Shown: positions 40,986 to 55,398 of the stretch, piece after piece
How the letters are laid out: each line of letters opens with the position of its first letter
How positions within the stretch are numbered: the first letter of the stretch is position 1
Assembly: GCF_009914755.1 (NCBI RefSeq)
Contig: NC_060942.1
DNA length: 64,000 bases
Origin: the human T2T-CHM13v2.0 reference genome, Homo sapiens
Strand: one strand, 5' to 3'
Made by a program: the position numbers and the translations under genes
Notes under the pieces: generated by a model
What the model saw: the letters and a program-made list of their open reading frames with translations, nothing else
Database searches by the model: none
Told to the model about the DNA's origin: nothing

Positions 40986-42322
40986 GAAGACACAGGATAC
41001 CATTTTTTCTCCTGTATCCACAAGGTAGTTTCTCTGCCCTTGGGAGAAAGGGCAGGGGCAGTAAAAAAAAAATCCTGATTTTATGGCCAGATGCCCAGGC
41101 TTGCCCAGTGCCAAGGCTGGACCAGCAGAACCAGAGGCCTCCTGCTCCAGCCTTTGCTTGACTGATTCTAGCACTGAGAAATCAGCAATGACTGAGCACC
41201 CGGCAGGGAGCCAGAGTGGAGGAAGACCCAGTCCATGCTGCAGGCATCTCGGGCCTGCAGAGAGAAAAGGGAGGCAGGGACACAAACCCTTCTGAACCCA
41301 AACCCTTTTGAATCCTTGCCCTGCTCTGAGCCCAATGTAACCATAGTCCCCTGGCTTTCCACGTCTTAAGCAGAAGCAAGCCTCTAGACCATAACATGCT
41401 ATTTAAATAAATTGTGAGTGCCAAGACTAGCAATGCACAAAGAACTGTATGTCAAGATTCCGAAATCAGTGTATGCATGCAGAGATTTTATGATACTTAA
41501 AGGCTTTAGATCCTAGGCCATTGACACTCCAGTTCCCAGTAAGTTGTTGTTTCTTCTTCTTCTTTTTTTTTTTAACTTGGAGCTCAAAATTCCCTTCTCA
41601 TTATCTTTTCTTTTCTGAGATTCCCAAATGAGCAAAAAATTTTTAAAAATGTCATGGACTTTAACATATGAAAGGTCAGTAAAATGTATTTATTAGATGA
41701 ATGTCACAGACATAATAATTTTCTCTTTTTCCTTTAATGAAAATGTCAACTCACTTTGTGGTTATTTGGGAAGTAAATAATAGATTACTTCCCAAAAATG
41801 TTATGATACAATTGTTTAAAGGAAAACAGCCACATAGGTTCAATAAATTTGGCATAAAGAGGTAAAATGACTATTATCCTAAATTTCCTTCCTCAAAAGA
41901 AAATTTTACCTTAATGGGATAAAACACAAGAAAGCCTTACTATCAGAATAAAGCAGGTGGCTTAATTAATAATCTGGAGACCTTAATGATATTCTCCTTT
42001 TCCCCAAGGGCTTTCTGAAACTAGAATTGTGTTTGAACTATGTGTGTGTCCTTGTCATTCAATACTAAGATTATTTTATCACACTTCTATGTGCAGGTTT
42101 TCTGAGCTGCATTACTTTTCTAATTACAATAATTATCTGCACATAATTTAGGCCAAATTTGAAGCACTTTTCAACTTATGATTTCTAGATAATTGCTGGC
42201 AGTGCATGATCCATGAATGAGTTGGGTTCTAACAGTCCCAGAGTGAGTTGTGTAGTTTTGACTGTGTCCTAGAAAAAAAATACTATATGATGGTTCTGTC
42301 TCTAGGCCTTCCAACAACATCC

Positions 42323-42590
42323 TTTTTTTTTTTTTGAATTATACTTTAAGTTCTGGGATACATGTGCAGAATGTGCAGGTTTGTTACATAGGCATACACG
42401 TGCCATGCTGGTTTGCTCACCCATCAACCCATCATCTACATTAGGTATTTGTCCTAATGCTATCCCTCCCCTAGTCCCCCACTCCCTGACAGGCCCTAGT
42501 ATGTGATGTTCCTCTCCCTGTGTCCATGTGTTCTCATTGTTCAGCTCCCATTTATGAATGAGAACATGTGTGTTTGGTTTTCTGTTCCTG
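42323..42590 (-). mobile_element. Short 5'-truncated L1PA (3' UTR only) with TSD
   Basis: attatactttaagttctgggatacatgtgcagaatgtgcaggtttgttacatagg; TSD ccaacaacatccttttt at 42311 and 42591. Confidence 0.93.
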
Positions 42591-43853
42591 CCAACAACAT
42601 CCTTTTTACCCCATCGTGTACCTGAGGTATAGCGTGGTGGTGAAATTGTACTCCAGAATGGAATCATTCCTATAATATAATAATGTTAAAAGTGCATTTG
42701 GACATTTGTTAATCAGATTTTCAGAACAGAGCTTCTTAGGGAGATGGTTGGACCACCATAGTCCTGCATCTTCAGGGAGCTGCTCACCATCCCCACTACT
42801 GCAGGCACCACTGATCCCTGAGTGAGACCCAGGCACTAACAAGACATGAAGAAGGTGCTGGGTTCCTGGCTGGTCCTTTTGACCCATAAGTGTGGTTCAG
42901 TTCTTGGCACTGATGGGCTGGTCGGATGGTGGTGAGGTCAAGCACTCCTTCAGTGCCTGAGGCGTGGCGAGTGGACTTTGGGACCTCTTCCTGAGATGAT
43001 GATTGCTTCTCAAGGGTGGGAATGAGTTCTTCCAGGGGTCAGCGGTGTGTCATAGGCAAGCACAGCACATTACTAGAAAGCATACGTTTTATTAAGTAGA
43101 AGGTATCTTTAATTCCCTGAATAGTAAGACATCTTTGGATTGATGGAAAGGTTGCCCTGGGAAAGGTGGAATATTTGTTGTCATGACCTAAAGCAGCATG
43201 CCTAACACCATGTTTGCCAGAGCTCATGCCCACACTGCCATCTCAGGGTTTTCTAAGGGAGAGGAAGCAAGAGGAGGCCCTCGAATTTCTAACCGATTGC
43301 TGCAGTCAAAAAATTGCTAAGAAGGACTCGGTGGAAAAGGGAAAACTCAAAAGTGAAGTATGCTGTGCAGAAGCCAGAGCTCCACCGGCTCCCAGGATTA
43401 CAGTAACAGTCAGGCTCCTGCTGTCTGGGCCCAATAACGCCATGCGCAGCATCCACATCAGCTGTCCTGAGAACCAGCAAGGCGTCCAAGGCTTAGTGTG
43501 TGTTAGAGGCCAATACTGTCCCTGCTGTTCATTCTCAGGCTAAACCCACGATCTTAGTAAGCACAGATGCAGAGACACAGTTTGTGGTATTGCCGTCATT
43601 TTCTTGGGAATGTATCAACAGAGTATACAAGGGTAACAGTTCTTTCTATAAAAAAAATCAACATTTATTTTTATTCATTAATTTACCATGAAAATGATTT
43701 TTTCCCAGTAGAGAAGTCAGTCTGGGAAAACCAGATAAAAACTAGAAATGATCTTGTTCGCTGTTGTGGAGGCGGTGCAGGAGGCCCGGGAGCTGGATCA
43801 CTTGACTTTGTTTTCTCTCCTCCTCTGCTTGCAGAACATCTCTGCTACAGTGG

Positions 43854-44342
43854 AGGACCCACACTCATAGTTCAGCTCCCCACCTCACACCCCAGCCAAG
43901 CCCAGGACCCACACTCATGGCCCCGCTCCCCACCTCACACCCCAGCCAAGCCCAGGACCCACGCTCATGGCCCCGCTCTCCACCTCATACCCCAACCAAG
44001 TCTAGGACCCACGCTCATGGCCCTGCTCCCCACCTCACACCCCGACCAAGTCCAGGACCCACGCTCAGGACCCCTCTCCCCACCTCACACCTCAGCCACG
44101 CCCAGGACCCATGCTCACAGTTCCGCTCCCCACCTCACACCCCAACCAAGTCCAGGACCCATGCTCATGGCCCTGCTCCCCACCTCACACCCCGACCAAG
44201 TCCAGGACCCATGCTCATGGCCCCACTCTCCACCTCATACCCCAGCCAAGCCCAGGACCCACACTCACGGTTCCGCTCCCCACCTCACACCCCGACCAAG
44301 CCCAGGACCCACACTCAGGACCCCTCTCCCCACCTCACACCG
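43854..44342. repeat. 50-bp VNTR, about 9.8 copies
   Basis: aggaccc recurs exactly every 50 bp from 43854 to 44304; unit aggacccacgctcatggccccgctccccacctcacaccccagccaagccc. Confidence 0.97.
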
Positions 44343-45149
44343 CAGTTGCAGCATCTGAGGGGAGGGGCAGGACAAGGTGGCAGAGGTGGGGCATTTTTAC
44401 CCAGAGAAGACCAAAAACAGTCAAAGGGATGGTTTAAATACCTGTCTTTTCTATTTTTTCACTGACTCCATGGTAACAGATTTTGCAGTAAGAACCAACA
44501 TACACACATCCCTAAAACATATTTCATCAAATAATGCTGACATTATGTGTAGCACATGCTGATATTTTCTATTCTATTCTCATTTTCTCTCTCTTTTTTT
44601 CAAACAAATGATAATGAAAATCCACTAAGCTAAGGGTCATGACCAACTAACGGGTAACACCCTTCAGTTTGGAAATACTGATTTAAATTTTGGCTTGCTC
44701 TAAGCTATAATTCACATTTGACATTTAGATCATATTTTTCCCCTACTGACTCTCAAGTGGGAGCTGAGAGGCAGTACCTAATAAATACAGAGAAAAAGAA
44801 AGAAGGAAGGAAAATTGATATTTACAACACAACCAAGTTTTAATGTGAGTTAAAAAAACGGGTTTCTTTTTGATGGAAATCTTCTAAAATTGTGCTGATG
44901 GTTACACACTTCTGTGAATGCACCAAAAACCATTGAATTGTACATTTTAAATGAGGTCATTGTTGCTCTGTGAGTTATATGTCAACAAAGCCGTGAAAAT
45001 CAGCAAACGAGAACAAACAGTTCTGGCCTAGGCCCTGCGAGGCCTCTTTCTAAGGCCGCCGCACGCCCATCTGGGCCATTAAACTCCTCAAGGCGCTCTG
45101 ACTTCCTTGTGTAAGAGATATTGCTGTTTCTTATAAGGCACTGATGTAC

Positions 45150-45530
45150 TTTTGCTTCCTTATTGGGGTAAAATTTAAAGACCATAACACTGATGGTTTT
45201 AAGAGTGCAGTTAAAAAAAGTTTTGACAAATGTATAAACACATGTAACAACCGCCCCAATCAATACACAGCACATTTCCACGGCCCCAGCAGGTTTCCTT
45301 GGTCCCCTTCCCAGCAAATCCCTCCCTGGTTTCTGATTTCAGGTGCTGTGCTCTGCCTCGCCGGGAGCCCCACACAGGGAGGTGGAGTCCTGTGGGCGCT
45401 GCTTGCAGAGTGGATCCTCATTTCGTGGCTGGAACGTTTTGCGCATTGTCCCTGTGTTTTGTAACTCTCCAGTGTCTTCAAGCAGTTATCTTTAAAATGT
45501 ATTTTTCCAGAGTTTTTCATTGCTATGAGC
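45150..45530 (-). mobile_element. L1M 3' UTR fragment
   Basis: ttattggggtaaaattta...gttttgacaaatgtataaacacatgtaacaaccgccccaatcaatacacagcacatttcca. Confidence 0.7.
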
Positions 45531-45940
45531 AAGTGCATAATTCTATAGGAGCAATGCTAGCAATAGAGGGCACTAGAAGAAAAACTTGTTTTTGATTTTG
45601 TCTCCAGAAGTCTCTGAAAATTCCTTAGGACATCCTTACATTTAAGATATTTTGAAATGTTATTCTCTATCAAGCTAAAAAATGAACCACTGTTAACATT
45701 TTTCTTCTCAAATTATGCCCAGCTAATTTATTCAGCCTCCTTAGAGTTTGCCCCATAGTAAAAACATATAATCTAAGCAAAATAATAAAAATACGACTAA
45801 TCTAAAATGTATGCTTCCCATTATTCTACAATATTTAATTATGCAAATATCCTCTTGCTAATAGCCACATGCCTACAGTATTTAGATACTATAAGTAAAA
45901 TCTGGAAACAGGTGCAACCACCTATCTGAATCGCCTCACA

Positions 45941-46155
45941 GCAGTGTCTCTCGGCGAAGGGTCACTGTCGTGTAGAGGACTTCAGCAGGGTCCAGAGGCC
46001 ACGCAGACTATTGTGGCGTGGGAAGGCCCTTCTGCGGGCTGTAATGGGTGGAGACGGGGATGCTGCCAAGCATCTCTCAATGATCAGAATGGCACCCCGC
46101 ACCACACAATTGTCCAGAAGCAACGTCTGCGGCGCCACGAGTGAGAAACCCACTG
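45941..46155 (+). mobile_element. MER20 hAT-Charlie DNA transposon, CpG-enriched copy
   Basis: aatgggtggagacggggatgctgccaagcatctctcaatgatcagaatggcaccccgcaccacacaattgtcc...tgagaaaccc follows the MER20 consensus. Confidence 0.75.
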
Positions 46156-46204
46156 TGTCCTCTAAGTGCAAATTCTCTCATATAATAGTACTACTGGGAG
46201 TGGG

Positions 46205-46850
<646 letters not shown>

Positions 46851-47521
46851 TTGGAGTCTTGTCTAATACATACCACAAGGAAGACTCACGTGGGGCGGGG
46901 CGGCCACAGTCAGGATCCGTAGCTCCAAGACTGGCTGCCCCCTTTCCATTAACCTTGGACTTGCAGATTCACAGAAGCCCATTCCCTGGGCTGCAAGCGC
47001 TGCTCGGTAACGGCGCTTGTTTGCTTCGTTTCACGGCGGACTCCCTAGAGCTTGGAATGGTGCCCGGAACACAGCAGCGCTCGAAGAACAAACACCGTGG
47101 GGTCTCTTCTGAGGTGCCATTGGCATGGTACAGAGAACAATCAACTGGCGACACTCCGGTGAATTTTTGTTTACAATGTTTATTTTATTTTACAATACGT
47201 TTTTATTTTACAACTTTATTCACAATTTTCTGTTGTGTGTAGTCTAACCCCGTAGAAGTTTTGTGTGGACGAGTCTTCACTTGTCCTGTGCACACCTGAG
47301 AGTGGCGTTGCTGGGTCGTGCGTGGTTTTCTGTTTAGCGTTCCGAGGACCTGCCAGGCTGTTTGTGGCAACCAGCCCTGCAAGGTGTTTCTGACCTGCCG
47401 CCGTCCTGAGCAGCCCTGGTTATCTTCTTTTAGCCAGACTGCCTGTGGATCATTCCATATCAATAGTCCAATTAACATATGCGAATGTATTATCACATTA
47501 ATAGGTTAAGAAGTTAGCATC

Positions 47522-47560
47522 GTTACATATGTATACATGTGCCACGTTGGTGTGCTGCAC
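47522..47560 (-). mobile_element. Orphan 39-bp L1PA 3' UTR fragment
   Basis: gttacatatgtatacatgtgccacgttggtgtgctgcac is nearly identical to the young L1PA 3' UTR, with no poly(A) or TSD. Confidence 0.7.
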
Positions 47561-47949
47561 ATGTCCAGGTCCCTTCTCTGGGCAGGAACTTGCCTGCTGC
47601 ATGCACTGAGTGCTCCATGCACACACTCAGCTCCAGGTTCCTGCAGCGGCCTCCTCAGTCCCAGAAAGGAGTCTCCAATGTGCCAGCTCCAGATCTTACC
47701 GCCACACAGGTAGAATTTCTGTCTTCTGTGCGAAGACAAATGTTATTTTTAGTCCTCATGACGTTGGTATCCTTACTCCAAATTTACAGACGAAAATGTG
47801 TGTATCAAGACATCATATTGTACACCTAAAATATATAAACTATTTCTTAATATTTTGTGAATAATGAAAATAAAGACATTGCAGCTTCTATAAAAATAAA
47901 ATAATACTACAAAAAATGAGAATGGAAGCTTTATGAATTTAAGCATTTG

Positions 47950-48255
<306 letters not shown>

Positions 48256-48589
48256 ATGGGGAGGCATTGGCTGCTGGAAGTAAAGGGCTAGTGTGTCCCC
48301 ACCCCATGCACTGGAGCTGTTGGTTTTCAAAGGGAGCTTCCAACCATGATTCCAAGTTGTCAACCTTTGCTACATGCCAGCATCACTCACAGAGCTTTTA
48401 AAATCTGGATACCCGGGCTTCCCAAAGCACGTATGTCGGTGGTTACAAACCTTCCCCAGGGGACCCCAGGGTGCAGCCTAAGTTGAACTCATAGTCCTAT
48501 CCCTTCTTCTGGGCAGCTTCGAACCATTTCTACATGTACTTAGGTCAGACCGTGCATGCTCAGCTTATAACAGTGCACACCCAGCACAT

Positions 48590-48945
48590 ACAATGAACAC
48601 TTGGTAACACACAGTGCATGCTTAGCACACACAGTGTACACTTGGGACACAGCACATGCCCGGCACACGCAGTGCACACTCAGCACACGAAGTTCACTCA
48701 TAGCTTACATAGCGCATGCTTGGCACACTCAGTGCACACTTGGCTCACACAGTGCACACTCAGCACACCGTGCACTCTTGGAACACACAGCACCTGCCTG
48801 GCACACACAGCACCTGCCTGGCACACACAGCACCTGCCTGGCATGCACAGCACCTGCCTGGCATATACAGTGCACACTTGGCTTACACAATGCATGCTTG
48901 ACACACACAATACACACTCCGTACACACAGTACACACTTGGCTCA
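48590..48945. repeat. Degenerate 20-bp CA-rich minisatellite
   Basis: Near-perfect cacacagcacctgcctggca units at about 48783-48862, flanked by decayed cacacagtgcacacttgg units. Confidence 0.85.
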
Positions 48946-49284
48946 TAGTGGTCCCAACTGCTCTGGCCTCTGCAAAAAATCCCATTCCTGCCAAGATCAC
49001 AGAACCTCCTTGCTGACAATAATGGGCTTGTTACCCAAGTAGCGCTTCGGTTCCCCTTTGCTAGTCTCACTGCACAAGTGAAGCCTGTTTCCCTGACAAG
49101 CGCATCCACTAGAATGCTGTTCTCAAGACTGGCTGCACAATGGAATCTGTTCGGGAGCCTTAGACATTCCTGAGGCTCGGATCTCATCATAGGACTTCTT
49201 CATCGCATGCCCTGTGGCCTGGGTGTTAGGAGTTTGAACACTCTCCTAGGTGGATGTAATAAGCACTTGAGGCCCACTGGTCTA

Positions 49285-49462
49285 AACCTGGTGCTGACAC
49301 CTACTGTGGCTTAGGATCACCTGGAGAGCTTGGTAAAACAGATTGCTGGGGCCCCAGCCCCAGAAGTTCTGATTCAGTAGGGCTGGGGTGGAGCTCAAGA
49401 ATTTGTATTTCTAACAAGTTCTCAGGTGATGCCGGTTCTGGGACCAGATTTTGAGAACCATT
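49285..49462. mobile_element. MER5A
   Basis: atcacctggagagcttggtaaaacagattgctgggg...ttctgattcagtagggctggggtgg...tttctaacaagttctcaggtgatgc...tttgagaaccattg. Confidence 0.9.
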
Positions 49463-49483
49463 GCATTTATGGCACTGAGCTGA

Positions 49484-49569
49484 ATCTTTGATCTCCCCAG
49501 TGGGAGAGAAGGTCGATGGATGCTGCATCTTTGATCTCCTCAGTGGGAGAGAAGGTTGATGGATGCTGC
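49484..49569. repeat. 43-bp tandem dimer
   Basis: atctttgatctcc(c/t)cagtgggagagaaggt(c/t)gatggatgctgc at 49484 and 49527, with 2 mismatches. Confidence 0.95.
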
Positions 49570-52299
49570 TGACTACTGCAGGGCGAATAGCTCAAGGCCC
49601 CTGTAATGACTTCATGGAGAAGCTCTAGACAGGATGGGTAAAGAGCCAGTGTGCTATCGATGGTGCATTATGGATGGAACTTTTGGCATAAAAACTCAGA
49701 GTTCCCTGTGAAATACCCTATTTAAAAAAATGCTGTTGGGATTTTCCTTTTTTTTTTTTTTTTGCAATCTCTCCTTCTGTGTGTTGGTGTGATAATAGGA
49801 GAGTGTTTCTCCCACTTGAATTCTTTGCCTGTCCTCCCTGGAAAGTCAATTGTGAACTAAGGTGGACATACAAAGAGTGAGACGGCCAGGGTGGTTGGTG
49901 AACGGCCAATGGCATGAGTTTTCCCCTTAATTCACAAGTCACTCCTCTGAGTCTTTCTTTCTTGCCTTCTGCTTTCCATTTGAATGAAAAAAATCTCAAG
50001 ACTCAAAGTCAGTGTCGGGGTCAGAGTGCTTTGCCTGCTTTGGATGCATAAGCATGATTCTTATAGGCAAAGAAAAGCTATACAATATGCTCCCATACAT
50101 CAGGAAACCACACTGGGATCTATGCCCCAATCGATCCACATTCACATCATCCACATTCATTTCCTTTAAGGAGAACTGAATGAGGAAAAAGGACATCGGC
50201 GTGGTTCAGGTACCTGCAGCCAGGTTCCAGGTGTGCGTCCTGTTTCCATTATCCACCAGCAGCGTGACTTTGACAAGCTGCTTCCATTTGTACCCTCACT
50301 GCTGTCCTTTGTAAAATCCTGGTAATGACTGTAACTGTCGTGTAGAGTTGGTGTGAGGACCCACGGGCTGGTACATACACAGGACAGCAGAGCTTGGATG
50401 CTGCACACAGCAAGGGTTCAGCACATTCATCCTTCCCTCTGCCCTGCTCCTTTTAAAGGGGGAGCTCACCTGTCTTAGTAACCTAGTTAAAGACTTGGGG
50501 GTTCTAACCCCTAGACTAGTAAATTTTCCTCATTTCATTTTGGTCAGCAATGTCCTCCCAAGATCCTCAGCCTTGTAGTAAGACCACGGAGCATCCTCTC
50601 CACCTCCTCCAGTGCTTCCAGTGGGAGTGCTGGTTTTCTCTCACATCTCCAACCCCCAAAGCTTCAAGTCACTTCACTTGGAATAGGGACTATGGGAAGA
50701 GAGAATTAGGGAGGGATGTTAGAGGCTCATCCAATCCTAGGAGACCCTGGCCATCAAATATGATGGATGAATAAAATAGAGTTGCCCTTTGCCTACAGAT
50801 GTTTTGTTGTCTTCTCTCTGTGGGAATGCAATCTAAACAAATGCAGAATACTTAGTTCCCTTTTCCTCTGAAAAAAAAAGAGCAACTTTCATTAGTTCAT
50901 AGATTTGTGTGTTGTGATCTCTGACATATTGGCATGTCTCTTGTCTCCTGACAGTTGCAAATGTCACCGTGATAAGATCAGTATTTAGAACCCTGATGAC
51001 ATCCCTTCTGTACTGAGCTGACAGGCGAGGGAGATCTCAGGAATGTCTAGTAGGTCTGATTCTCCTTATTAGAGTGGGTTGACGCAGGTGTTGTCAAGGT
51101 CTATGGAATGGAAGCTTGGGGGAGGGCTTTAGCCAACTGCATCTGGCAACAGAACTGATTTCTCAGAATTGTTTAAGAGAATAAGCAGCTGTCTTCTGAT
51201 AAATAATTTGTGGGAGCCAGGAGTGTGGACCGAAGTGGTTTGTGATTAAAGTATCTGGGTTTCAACCTTGAACGCCCACATGAAGCGTAATGCCTTCAGT
51301 AATCACCCTAGCACATGATGAATGGAACACAGAGTGTCCTTATCTCTAAGAGAAATCCTTATTTCTCCTCTTGTTTGAGAGGGGCAGCAAGAGAGTGTGG
51401 AGATCAAATTCTTTTCTCTTTGTGATTGTCTTGAGCATGACATAAAGTTATTCTTATAGTTTGAAAAGCTGTGCTAAGACGACATCTTAAGTCGGCACCT
51501 CTCAGAGCCTGAGAAAGGTGACAGGGATGTGGCTTCTCACAGTACTGACACAAATGGGCTCATTTGAAGCAAGAATGCTCTCTGAGAGGAAAGGTTCTTA
51601 GAAGGATGTAATTTCACAGGACTTGCGATGCAGTCTGAGTGCATTCCCATGCCTCCAGGATATTCTCCCTTTTCCAGGTTAATACAGCTCCCAGAGTTAA
51701 GGAATTCTCTTCTGCTCTTCTAGAGATTGTTCATGTAATCGAATTCAACAAGAACCAAAGAAAAGTTACCCTCATAGGTCTTGGGGTTGAACTGGATCAG
51801 AGCAATGCTGGCAGAATTACAGTGCAGTATGGATACACCTACCGTGCAAGGGACTCAGAGACTTCCTCTACCATTATTTTATTGACATGTAATATTAAGA
51901 TTGATCAATGGATTTATTTGCCTCCTGATTCATCCTTTATCAAGTTTTTCCCACTTCCGGTGCCTCTACCTCTTACCTGAATCCCGAAGCTCTCATGGTG
52001 GCATTCTTTTTTCCCTCCCCAGGGATGGTGGTTAAATCAGTGTTTCTGTGGAAGATGGGGGCTGGGGGCCTTCTATTCTGCCATCTTGCCTCCTTCTCTC
52101 CACCTGATGAATTTTATCCATCGATGATTACTGTCCAGATATTTGATGTCTGCAGAGGTTACAAAGTGGTGATTTTCCTAACGTACAATTTCTTCTGAAC
52201 ATATTAGTTGGGTTTCCTCAATGAGGATCTCTCACCACCTACTTAGTTTTCTTTTTTATGCAGAAAAGCAGCACAAATGCTTAACTCTTACCCTTTATT

Positions 52300-52560
52300 T
52301 ACTGATTTTCAGAAAATTCAGTAGCTATCCTAGGAATCTCCAAATATGATGTCTGTGTGTGTCAGTAGGAACCCCTGGATTTCTACGTATTATGATATGT
52401 TTTGCCTTCTTCTGATCGTTGAGTTGATATTTTCTGGTTATGTGCATTATCACTGTCCTCCTCCCCACAAAACTCTGTGTTTTATGTCTTCTGCCACCAC
52501 CATTTTCATAGCGCCCATACCTGGAGTACTGTGGGCTCTCCATACATATGTGTTTTGACA
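52300..52560 (+). mobile_element. Decayed L2 3' end
   Basis: catagcgcccatacctggagtactgtgggctctccatacatatgtg resembles the L2 terminus. Confidence 0.45.
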
Positions 52561-52644
52561 GCATTTTGGAGCAGGTATAAAACTTCTCTTTGCTAGATAT
52601 CTAGTTGCAGAAGATATGAAAGGTAAATTATAGCATTAATTTCA

Positions 52645-53214
<570 letters not shown>

Positions 53215-55092
53215 TCAATTTAAGAGAAGTTCTGAGTGACGAAAGTAATGGTTGGATAACATAGAAAAAGGCAGAAGGCTCATGGCACTGGAGACTCAAT
53301 CAGGAATGAGGATCAGAAAGGGTTGTAGAAAACACACAGTGGTATTCAAGGATAACTTTTGAGAAGTATTTCTAGATGATGACATGGTCCAGGGCTTGGC
53401 ACTGTGATCCAGCAGAGCAGGCGGGGCTGAAGGTCTTCAGACTTAATGTTGTCTGGGGATAGTGACGCTCCCCAGGAATAGCCGAGACACCCCAGATCAC
53501 TCAAGGTTTGGGATACAGAACAGGATCTTCAGCAAAGGGAGGCAAGTGCCTGGGAGGTGGGGTGATAGGATGACCCTGGTTAGAGGATGCTCTGGCCGAA
53601 GGGGTGAGTGGAGACAGGGAGAGTAGAAGAGAGCAGTGATGATGGGGTCAGGGCAATGCCAACTCCACTCCCTTTCCTGGGGTCTCACTCCTCTTGGGGG
53701 CCAGGGTGTGGGAGGGCTAGAAGCTCCCATCTCCAGGGGTTGTGAGGAATCAATACCCACAGTGAAGTATCAGATTTCAGTGAAGGCAAAGGGGATGGAG
53801 AGGCTTTTCTGCAAAAATTAGAGGATAAAGTGAAGTTTGTTTAGAATCTAATGATGATTCCAGGAGGTATAATGGGGATGTGTCTTGATACTGAGAACTT
53901 GGGATGAGAAAGTTGGGATCAATAGAAGGATATGGTCAGTATTCACAGACAGAAGTGTAGGCATGAGGTCTGCTTAGATTTAAGGCGCTTCCTTACATCT
54001 CTGAAGTCCAGCATGAACGATTGTGTATGCCTGTCTGGGTCTAACTGAATGGAGACGCCAGGAAGTTCACTAGCAGAGAGCTTGTGAGTACTTCTCCCCA
54101 GATTACAATGGGACAGGAGGATCCTCACTGGGCACCGTGTCCGCATTTTTTCAGGAGGGCAGCAAGGGCTCTAGCCCATTGGGTGTGAGCACCTTGGCAA
54201 GTGCTGTCTGGCACAGGTTTGGAGCTGGACATGTACTCACTAAACAAGTGAACACACAGGTGTCAATTCCCAAGTGCTGGAAAGAGCTGTAGTTTCACGG
54301 GTGGGGCAGAGCCTGTGCCAGGATATTGCTGAGAAGCTGTGGAAGCTCCTCCCAGGTGGGCTGGAGGCCATCTCACCCACAGCACCCCACTTCACTTTTA
54401 CGCAGAGCTCGTGCTCTTCATTTCTTCCTGAGTGCGTGGCCCGCACCTGCCATCGGGCTGCCTTCTGGGGATGGGGAAGGAAATGAGAGATAAGATCCAT
54501 GCATTTATTAAGCTCACAGTATGAAAGGGGGGGATGTTAAATAATTATCCACAGTGTGCTTTAATTACAGTTGTAATGTTGGAATATTTTAGCATGGAAA
54601 TGAGTATCATCAGTTTCACTAAGTACTCTTACATTTTTTTTCATCTGAGCAGTTTCTGTTACCTTTTTCTCCTTTGTAAAGTCCTCTAATTAAAGAAAAC
54701 ACATTCTTCTTGTCTAAACTTAGAACTGATACATTTTTTCAGCCCCACAATATGCATGTGATTTTTCATGGACCGAAGCTGTGACTTAAGTTATGTATTC
54801 ATCACTTTTCCAGGTTTATTCAGTTCTTTATGTTTTTCCACAAAATCATCATTAATATCAGGACTAGAAATTCTCAAAGCAGGTCGCTTACTAATTTAAA
54901 TGTAATTGGATTATACTCAGTGAAAATGGATGCTAATAAATTATTGCAAACTTATTAGTAAAATATTTTTATACATTTTGTAAATGGAACTGAAAGGAGA
55001 GGACAATGTGGCTAGAAGCTCCTAGACAGGCAAGGAATTACTGTTTTGTTTTGTTTTCTGTCTTTGATGCTTAGAATATACAATAGGTATTC

Positions 55093-55398
55093 TTTTTTTT
55101 TTTTTTCTTTTGAGACAGAGTCTGGCTCTGTTCCCCAGGCTGGAGCACAGCAGTGGAATCTCAGCTCAACACAGTAACCTCTGCCTCTGGGGCTCAAACC
55201 ACCCTCCCACCTCAGCCTCTGCAGTAGCTGGGATGATAGGTGTGCACCACCACACCTGGCTAATTTTTGTATTTTTGGTAGAGATGCCATTTCACCATGT
55301 TGCCCAGGCTGGCCTTGAACTCCTGGGCTCGAGAGATCCTTCTGCCTTGGCCTTCACCTTGGTATTGGGATTACAGGCATGAGCCACTGAGCCTGGTC
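55093..55398 (-). mobile_element. AluJ
   Basis: Antisense Alu with J-type ccctcccacctcagcc and ctcctgggctcgagagatcc. Confidence 0.9.

Noticed and set aside
43214-43543. 109-aa ORF in unique sequence
   Set aside because: Non-ATG start, no recognisable homology and no supporting splice signals.
43854-44342. Regularly spaced repeats as a CRISPR-like array
   Set aside because: The units are contiguous tandem copies with no unique spacers, there are no cas genes, and the DNA is primate.
43567-44465. Longest ORFs in the window (263 and 182 aa, Pro/His/Thr-rich)
   Set aside because: They lie over the 50-bp VNTR; the period is not a multiple of 3 and the C-rich strand simply lacks stops. No domain or splice structure supports them.
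48601-49190. His/Thr/Cys-rich ORFs of 100-153 aa
   Set aside because: They are translations of the CA-rich 20-bp array.
51639-51980. 113-aa ORF with protein-like composition
   Set aside because: Non-ATG start and no motif I recognise; it lies near decayed L2-like sequence and cannot be supported without a homology search.
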